Shown here one piece after another: positions 9,847-16,555 of a stretch of DNA of 64,000 nt. Position 1 is the first letter of the stretch. Each line of letters opens with the position of its first letter. Origin of the DNA: Gemmatimonadota bacterium. GTDB taxonomy: Bacteria; Gemmatimonadota; Gemmatimonadetes; Gemmatimonadales; Gemmatimonadaceae. The position numbers were made by a program, and so were the translations under genes. The stretch is from NCBI GenBank assembly GCA_028287345.1, contig JAQBPV010000218.1:13681-77680 (forward strand), in the 5' to 3' direction. Below the pieces are notes generated by a model. That model ran no database searches and had not been told where the DNA came from. It worked only from the letters and a program-made list of their open reading frames with translations.

Positions 9847-10993
9847 CGCGTCCATTAGAGATAGGGGAACGCCCTTCACTCGCGAAGCGCGAAGATGGCC
9901 GCGCGAAGTGCACGTGGAAAAGCACGAAATCACCGTTAGTGTCACCGGCGGCGGGAATGGCGAAAGCATACTGATGAACGTTGGGAATGCCTTGATAGGC
10001 ATCGTCGATTCTTGCGCCGCAGTTGCCGAGGGAGGATCAAGCGTACGGCGCGCAATTGATAGCCTATTATCCGCACAGACAAATGTGGCCTTCGGATTCA
10101 TTGTGCTAACGCATCCGCACCTGGATCATTTCGAAGGGATGGATCGATTGTATGCGGAGTATGGCAAAGACGTTATAAGAGCGTGCCTGTTCCAAGGGAC
10201 TACCGAGTTGGAACTGAGTGAACTCTTCAACAAAAGGGAAAAGCAACCACAAAGGAGCGCGCGGGCTTATCGGTTTTTCAAGAGTTACTCTAAGATCCTG
10301 CAGGTATACCGTGACACACTGACTGGCGCACAACGGTTCGCTATCGGTGATGGGAGTGAAATATGTGCGTTGGAAGTCCGCGATAGTAATGGTAGGGCGG
10401 TGAGGCTCCGCGTATCATGTCTAGCCCCGTCCCGAGATGACGTAGAGCTGTTTTTGATGCAGGCGAAGATGACTAATTGCTACGACATCGCGAGTGGCGG
10501 GCGCCAAAGTTTGCGGCAGCGATGCAACGGAGTCTCGGCTGTGCTGCGAATCGAGTTTGGAGAGACACGGATCATGCTTGGTGGCGATGCTGAGCTAGAT
10601 AGCTGGCGGCAGATCCAAAGCAAAAATGGGCCTGATGAACTGGCGTCAGATGTTCTCAAGGTCAGCCATCACGGGTCCAGAACTGGAATGGACGCCGCTC
10701 TTGCGGCAGTACTGTCCAAGGGAAAGAGAGGTCGCTCTGAGACAGTTGCGGTGGTGACGCCGTCATTTTTGCACGGTCTTCCACACGATGAAACACTAGC
10801 CGTTCTTGATGAGCATTTTGATAGGGTAATCGTGAGCGTGGGGCAGGCACAGGAGACGATGGATGTAGGGAGTTGGGTGGGTAAGTTGCCACAAGTACGT
10901 GGAATAAGCGCGATTCAGAAGTATGCGACGAACGCTGTATCGCTTACCTATGATGCGACTGGACATTGCCTCGATATCACGCGCGATGTGTAG
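9839..10993 (+). CDS. MBL-fold metallo-hydrolase, ComEC-type (second intact copy)
   Basis: ATG 9839 overlaps the upstream gene by 8 nt (the ORF-track TTG 9827 is also possible). Motifs: FIVLTHPHLDHFEGM (HxHxDH), IMLGGDAELDSW, LKVSHHGSRTGM. Confidence 0.85.
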   Translation: MRNASIRDRGTPFTREARRWPREVHVEKHEITVSVTGGGNGESILMNVGNALIGIVDSCAAVAEGGSSVRRAIDSLLSAQTNVAFGFIVLTHPHLDHFEGMDRLYAEYGKDVIRACLFQGTTELELSELFNKREKQPQRSARAYRFFKSYSKILQVYRDTLTGAQRFAIGDGSEICALEVRDSNGRAVRLRVSCLAPSRDDVELFLMQAKMTNCYDIASGGRQSLRQRCNGVSAVLRIEFGETRIMLGGDAELDSWRQIQSKNGPDELASDVLKVSHHGSRTGMDAALAAVLSKGKRGRSETVAVVTPSFLHGLPHDETLAVLDEHFDRVIVSVGQAQETMDVGSWVGKLPQVRGISAIQKYATNAVSLTYDATGHCLDITRDV

Positions 10994-12156
10994 TGGTACA
11001 GCAAGCGCGCGATGACGCGACAGTAGACGGTAGCGATGACCCATTGCGGCTACGAAGGGGCAAGCTTGGTGGGAGCGCTCGCGCCGGCCAGGTAAGGCGG
11101 TTGGTAGGGACTGCGCTCTAACGGTGCGATGCACCGTCAAGTGGGCGGATAGTGTGCGCGTACCAAGAGGTCGTCTGCTCGGTGCAAAGCCCGGCGGAGC
11201 GAATGCCGACCGAAGCCGTGACCCTACGGTCGATGCAGCGGGCTCCCGCGACATGCTTTGATGTAACTCACTGTAGTCTCCGATAAGATGCCAGCATCAA
11301 TCGACGCAGCTGTCGATGGAACAAAGGGTGGAGAAGAGCCTGACAACGAACATGAATGTCAGGGTCTCTCTTCTAGAAGCAGATGCGGTCAGCACCACCG
11401 GTGCTCAACGAATGCCAGTATGGACGCGAAAGTGCTGTTCACCCGCCGCGAGCCGCTGGCTCAACGTGCAATAGCTGGGGGTGGTAGGCAGAGCGGCTGG
11501 CACAACACGGTGGTTCGCACTTCCTCTATGTCGTGCACGATGACGGTTGAACAGCAGCTCTCTGGGCTCGTCAGCGGGGATGTTCTGTGCGTTTAACTCC
11601 TGGAGTTGAGCGAGCCGCCGATCAGTATGCGCCAGCCATGACGTGGTATGGTCTGCTGCTCGGAGATGATGGTGATCATGTGATCGACCGACTGGAGACG
11701 TCGTGCGAGCCGCTCGAAAAAGTGGGAGGCGGCTCTTCGCGATTGCACTTCCGCACCGACGTTGTGCTTGGAGTTCTCCATCTCCGGGAGCGAGAACAGG
11801 GCCGATAGACCAACACGGTGAGGGCGCCGAGAGGCGCTGTCGGCCGGTTGGTGGTATTGTGCCGGGCGGTTCCATCAGCCGGCAGGTGTTGAACCACGAA
11901 AGTTAGGCGTGCACTAACGCGTATGCTCCAGCGGCAACGCCGAGCAGGCTCGTCTATCGCGTGTAATACTAGCGGCGCGTTGCCGAGACTCGATGTAATT
12001 GCGTGCGAACCATGAGTACGTCTCGTCAGGATGACACTCTCACGTGGTCTGCCCGAGCAAGTTTGGAATCCAGTATTGGCGTGGTGCACGAAGCGGAGAT
12101 GCTGGCTTGCTGGCTTGCTTGCTGTAATAGGCCCTAGTCCCTTCGAGAGTCCCCGC

Positions 12157-14409
12157 ATGATCCATCTGAGCCGTCCGCGCCAAAGTCCGGAGAACTTGCA
12201 AAGCCTCGCAGTCGACGGTCTGCGCGACCGAGTGAGGTCGTTTTACGCGCGAGCCGAGCGCAGTCGACGACAGGAGCGTGCGGACTTTCCTCTCCTTCCC
12301 AGGACTGTATTCGCGAAGGTCATGCGAGATATGCTCGCATACTCGTACGGTAAGTGCGCTTACTGCGAATCACCGATTGAATTCCCGGGCAGTGCGTCAC
12401 TGGATAGATACCGCCCGAAAGCCGGTGCGATCGGCTTCGACGGGAAATTTTCGACGGAGCACTATTGGTGGCTGGCCTATGAGTGGGAGAATCTCCTTCC
12501 CGCATGCACTAAGTGCAATAAGTTCAAGGGTGCCAAATTCCCGGTCGAGGGTAGTCGTGCGGCGACGACGGCGGCAGCCGATGAACTACAGACGGAGTCT
12601 CGCCTGCTGCTCGATCCGTGTTACGATGCTCCGTACGAACACCTGCAGTTCAATGACAGGGGTTTGGCGATGGCCTCCTCGCCATCGGGCGATGTCACGA
12701 TTGCGACGCTCGAGTTGAATCGCAGTGAGTTGATCGCTAGCCGCGGGAAAGTCGTGCGGGAACTACGGAGTGCGATTGCGCAGATAAAGTGGAACTCGGC
12801 CGCACTGGACGAGTGGATTGCATGGGGAGCGAATCGCGAGTCGGCGCATCTACCTGCTGCTGAAGCCACACCGTGGCAGACGGCGTTCGCTCGCATCGCG
12901 CAACTCGCGAGCCCAGAAAGGCCTTGGTCTGCCGCAGCCGCCGCGATACTCGATCATGGCCCAGAGGCAATCCTCTTAGGTGTCGTCAAGAGCGAACCTG
13001 TTTCGGCGGCGACATGGGCTGCTGCGCCGAGCGATATCCCTCGCCTAGCGCGCGCGGTCGAACCTGAAGCGGCATTGGGTCCGTCGGTGGGCAGCAGGTC
13101 AAGTCATGGTCGGGCCATCGCGAAGAAGGCGCAGAGCCTCCGTAGCCGCGTTGTTACTCGAATAGCCGTCCACAACTTCCGTGGCATAGCTGATCTTGAC
13201 ATGCGGATCGATTACGAGTCTGGCCGAGGCGCACCTTGGACCATTCTGCTTGGCGAAAATGCCGCCGGGAAGTCGTCGATCCTTCAGGCGGTTGTCCTTG
13301 CCCTGATCGACGAGGGTGACGACACAGCGATCGCTGCTACACCTCGTCAGGTGCTCAAGAAGGGCACATCCACGGGTTGGGTGCGCGTGTGGCTTGACGA
13401 ATCGACGGTGCCGCGCTCTCTCGTCTTCAACTCCAGGAGCCGGCGCTTTCGCCGTAGCGGCCCGCCGTACGCGAACGTCTTGCTCGGGTACGGGGCCACG
13501 CGACTCCTCCCCCGGAAGTACACTCGCAGGGCAAAGGCTCGTGTTCGGCTGAATAACATGTTCGATCCGTTCAGCCCTCTGCTCGACGCCAATCGATGGC
13601 TGGGAGCGCTCGACGCGCGAACGTTCGACTATGTGGCGCGCGCACTGAAAGACGTACTTGATCTTCCTCCCTTGTCAACGCTGAAGCGCGTGCGACGAGA
13701 CAAGCTCCCCGGCGTGAGATTGAAGCTGTTTGGTGTGGATCTCACGCTCGACGATCTCAGTGATGGGTACCAGTCGGTCCTTGGGTTGACGTGCGACATC
13801 ATCGCCGGTCTCCATGTTACGTCGAGTGGCGCGCTTGAGGCCGCGGAGGGGCTGGTGGTGATCGACGAACTAGGTGCACACCTGCACCCTCGCTGGCGCA
13901 TGCGTATCGTCCGGAGTCTGCGGACGGCCTTCCCGCGCGTGCAGTTCATCGCCAGCACCCACGATCCGCTGTGCCTGCGCGGGCTGGAGAACGGCGAGGC
14001 AATCGTCCTGAAGCGGACCTCGCGGCGCCGCATCTACGTCGTCCCCGACTTACCGCCAATCAAGGGCATGCGCGTAGATCAGATCCTCACATCGGAGTAC
14101 TTCGGTCTGGAGTCCTCGATGGATCCCGATGTCGAGCGCAAATTCCGGTCGCTGTACCGTCTTCTTGCCAAGCGAGTCGTCACCTCTGCAGACGAGGGGC
14201 GCATCGCGGCGCTCCGTGAAGAGCTCGCGCCTTTCGAGGTGCACGGTGCTACGCGGCGAGAGCGGCGCCTCCTGGAGCTCATCGACAAGGAACTGGCGGC
14301 CAGCGATGAGCAAGCGGATCCGCAGAAGCGCCACGCTATTCGGGCGTCCACCGACCTGATGGTGGCCGACATGAACCGAAGGCTTGCCGCTGGAGAGTCG
14401 ATCACATGA
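12157..14409 (+). CDS. HNH-like domain fused to ABC/OLD-type AAA ATPase (Septu PtuA-like)
   Basis: I chose ATG 12157 (MIHLSRP...) because it parallels the MIHVDRP... start of the next gene. N-terminal Cys-rich HNH-like block: CAYCES...LDRYRPK...WENLLPACTKCNKFKG. ATPase motifs: LLGENAAGKSSILQAV (Walker A), LVVIDELGAHLHPRW (Walker B), FIASTHDPLCL (H-loop). Confidence 0.8.
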   Translation: MIHLSRPRQSPENLQSLAVDGLRDRVRSFYARAERSRRQERADFPLLPRTVFAKVMRDMLAYSYGKCAYCESPIEFPGSASLDRYRPKAGAIGFDGKFSTEHYWWLAYEWENLLPACTKCNKFKGAKFPVEGSRAATTAAADELQTESRLLLDPCYDAPYEHLQFNDRGLAMASSPSGDVTIATLELNRSELIASRGKVVRELRSAIAQIKWNSAALDEWIAWGANRESAHLPAAEATPWQTAFARIAQLASPERPWSAAAAAILDHGPEAILLGVVKSEPVSAATWAAAPSDIPRLARAVEPEAALGPSVGSRSSHGRAIAKKAQSLRSRVVTRIAVHNFRGIADLDMRIDYESGRGAPWTILLGENAAGKSSILQAVVLALIDEGDDTAIAATPRQVLKKGTSTGWVRVWLDESTVPRSLVFNSRSRRFRRSGPPYANVLLGYGATRLLPRKYTRRAKARVRLNNMFDPFSPLLDANRWLGALDARTFDYVARALKDVLDLPPLSTLKRVRRDKLPGVRLKLFGVDLTLDDLSDGYQSVLGLTCDIIAGLHVTSSGALEAAEGLVVIDELGAHLHPRWRMRIVRSLRTAFPRVQFIASTHDPLCLRGLENGEAIVLKRTSRRRIYVVPDLPPIKGMRVDQILTSEYFGLESSMDPDVERKFRSLYRLLAKRVVTSADEGRIAALREELAPFEVHGATRRERRLLELIDKELAASDEQADPQKRHAIRASTDLMVADMNRRLAAGESIT

Positions 14410-15281
14410 TTCACGTCGACCGACCGATCACGAAGGCACCACCGGACTGGCTCACCGTGGCGAAGGAGGAACAGGCACTCGTCGAAACGGCGTACGCCGA
14501 ATATCAGAAGGCCGTGAAAGGAAAGGGAAAGAATCGCCCCGAGTTCGTCTATGAGTTCAAGGCATACGGCCACGTACTCCTTCGTGATGCGCTAAACAGC
14601 GTCTACGGCTTCAAGTGCGCGTACTGCGAGTCATACTTTGGTGCGACGCAGCCCGTCGCTGTGGAGCACTACCGGCCAAAGGGCGCCTTCGTCGAAGGCA
14701 AGGTGAAGGTGAAGCCGGGCTATTTCTGGCTGGCGTCCGCGTGGGAGAATCTCCTTCCCAGCTGCACTGACTGTAACTCACCCCGGCGCCAAGAAATGGT
14801 GGCGGGAAAGAAGGTCGTGCGCGGCAAAGGAAACTTCTTTCCAATCGTGCCGGGGTCTAGGCGCGCGCGCCGGCCGGGGCAGGAGAAGAATGAGCAACCG
14901 TTGCTGCTGCATCCTGAAGTCGACCAGCCCGATCAGCACCTAGAGTTCATAACAGACCACGATCGCGTTGGGCTCGTGCGACCTGCGCTCGTAAACGGAA
15001 GTGAGAGCGCCAGGGGCGCCGCGTCGGTCGACGTCTACGCACTCGATCGGCCGCAGCTCATTCAGGCTCGAAGTGAGCATGCGAAACGGCTGATCAGCCA
15101 CATTCGCAACACACGGCTAACGCACGAACTCCATCAGTCGAAACCAGGTGACGCGTCAGCCAGGCAAGCGTACGAGGACAATTGGAACGATCTGCACGCC
15201 CTGTACCTGTCACCCGCCAACCCGTATTTCGCGATGGCTCGACATATCGTGCGCGCCAAGCTTCCCGGGATTCATATATAA
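14406..15281 (+). CDS. HNH endonuclease (Septu PtuB / TIGR02646-like)
   Basis: ATG 14406 overlaps the upstream stop (ATGA). Motif: CAYCESYFGATQPVAVEHYRPKGAF...YFWLASAWENLLPSCTDCNSPRRQ, with the His intact. Confidence 0.8.
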   Translation: MIHVDRPITKAPPDWLTVAKEEQALVETAYAEYQKAVKGKGKNRPEFVYEFKAYGHVLLRDALNSVYGFKCAYCESYFGATQPVAVEHYRPKGAFVEGKVKVKPGYFWLASAWENLLPSCTDCNSPRRQEMVAGKKVVRGKGNFFPIVPGSRRARRPGQEKNEQPLLLHPEVDQPDQHLEFITDHDRVGLVRPALVNGSESARGAASVDVYALDRPQLIQARSEHAKRLISHIRNTRLTHELHQSKPGDASARQAYEDNWNDLHALYLSPANPYFAMARHIVRAKLPGIHI

Positions 15282-15285
15282 CTCG

Positions 15286-15303
15286 GAGCCGGCCGCTCGG
15301 CTC
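15286..15303 (+). terminator. Possible stem-loop 5 nt after the HNH gene stop
   Basis: GAGCCG-gccgct-CGGCTC, a 6-bp GC stem. No downstream T-tract. Confidence 0.25.
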
Positions 15304-15712
15304 GTCCGTCCCACCCCGAAGATGCCTCACATGCCGCTGATCGTTTGCCGACAAAAGAGTTTGTCGTTGGCCGCACTCGCCGCCGCGGCCAAGCGCGCCG
15401 TCGAAGTGAATCCGGCTAACCGAGGAATCGCTGCAACGCGTTCCCCGAACGCCCCCTGCGTGGACTGTATCGCGACGAGCCTCGGGCGCGCGACGACACA
15501 GCTCTGTGGCGCGCGGAGCCACCGTCGCCAAGCTGTCAGTCTTCCAAGAGCAGGTCACCGTTCCGTATTGCACAAGGCGCTAGTGCCAGGCGTGTTACGG
15601 TAGCTGAAAGAGACACGACAGTCCTGCCTTTAGCTGTATTTCGGTGCCGCATCGTGCCGCGTTGTGCCCGGGAGCATAATCACGAGGGGCGTAGTGCCTC
15701 TCTCATACGCCG

Positions 15713-15735
15713 GGGTCGCGCGTTCGAGTCCCGCC
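15713..15735 (+). repeat. tRNA T-arm-like 23-mer, copy 1 (possible decayed tRNA/att remnant)
   Basis: GGGTCGCGCGTTCGAGTCCCGCC contains GCGCG-TTCGAGT-CCCGC, a T-stem/loop with one C-C mismatch. A CTCATAC loop sits at anticodon-loop distance upstream, but the acceptor, D and anticodon stems do not pair. Confidence 0.4.
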
Positions 15736-15822
15736 CCTGCTATGTGAAGAACGGACGGCGGACAAAGGGCACATGTCGACTATCGGCCATATCGAAAATG
15801 CACAATGGCCAACGCAGTAGGT

Positions 15823-16113
15823 TCATCGCATGAACAGCCCCTGTCGTTCCTTCGTGAGCGGCGCGCGCGGTTCGATCCGTTCTCCGAGTCGCAACACCGT
15901 TGGTTGCGCCGGCGTGAAGGCGGGCCAGCGGGGAAGTCCCGCGCCGTTGGGATCACCGGTTATCGCGCAGTTCGCCCAATACGACATCACGGTCTTCGAT
16001 AGCGATGCAAGTGACAGCGTGGAGATCGCTCTCAAGTGTTCTGGATTGCCGAGTCGATCGATGGGAATCGTCTCAGCGATCATCACGGAGCGCGAATTTC
16101 CAGCTGAAGTCAC
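15823..16113 (-). pseudogene. C-terminal remnant of a type-B carboxylesterase
   Basis: The translation ends ...SKTVMSYWANCAITGDPNGAGLPRWPAFTPAQPTVLRLGE..., the conserved C-terminal block of COesterase-family enzymes. The upstream ~450 aa of such an enzyme are absent, because the + strand kinase gene starts at 16556. Confidence 0.55.
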
Positions 16114-16254
16114 CGGGCTAGTTCGTCCATTGCCGTTGAGCTCTCAGTTGGACCACTGCCGTCCTCGAGGCATGCTGGTCGTACGGCAACCGGAACGCGG
16201 CAGCTGGCCGAAATTGTCGATGATTGTGTACCCCAGAACCGAATGAGGCTCAGT

Positions 16255-16277
16255 GGGTCGCGCGTTCAAATCCCGCC
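16255..16277 (+). repeat. tRNA T-arm-like 23-mer, copy 2
   Basis: GGGTCGCGCGTTCAAATCCCGCC matches copy 1 at 21/23 positions, including the same C-C stem mismatch. The flanks diverge immediately and no cloverleaf could be built. Confidence 0.4.
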
Positions 16278-16555
16278 GTCCCGATATCGTGGAAGTCGAA
16301 ACCCTGCCTAGAGTTACATAGGCACGGCTTCTTCTTTTCGTCGCATCAAGGGGCCAGTTCGCGTTGGGAGTTCTTCGGTGCTGCGCAAGCGTATGGAGCC
16401 TGATCTCGTCTGTTGCGAACGTCGCAAATGGAGGCACAGCGCCAGCGGATATACCAAAAGTAATGGATTTTGCTGACCAATTCGGGTGATGCTTTGTTTG
16501 GGTGAAAACGCGTAATTAGCTGAGGGATTCTTTCCACTAAGGCTGCAGCAAGGCG

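Noticed and set aside
11040-11260. Possible known structured RNA (RNase P, tmRNA, cobalamin riboswitch, group II intron domain, retron msr/msd)
   Set aside because: Superficial strings (CCAGGTAAGGCGG, GTGCAAAGCCCGG) recalled RNase P. The universal GGAAAGTCCGGGC-type core, the tmRNA tag region, the B12 box and intron D5 are all absent, and no reverse transcriptase is nearby. It is kept only as an unexplained spacer finding.
15670-15742. Intact tRNA (CAU anticodon) ending at the first T-arm-like repeat
   Set aside because: The T-arm and the spacing to a CTCATAC loop fit. However, the acceptor stem (GGGAGCA versus CCCTGCT) pairs at only 4/7 positions, and the D stem and anticodon stem each have two mismatches. 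At best this is a decayed pseudo-tRNA.
16191-16284. Intact long-arm tRNA ending at the second T-arm-like repeat
   Set aside because: CGGAACG/CGTCCCG could form an acceptor stem with one mismatch. That would need a 93-nt molecule with no credible D-arm or anticodon arm, and a standard 76-nt model has no acceptor pairing at all.
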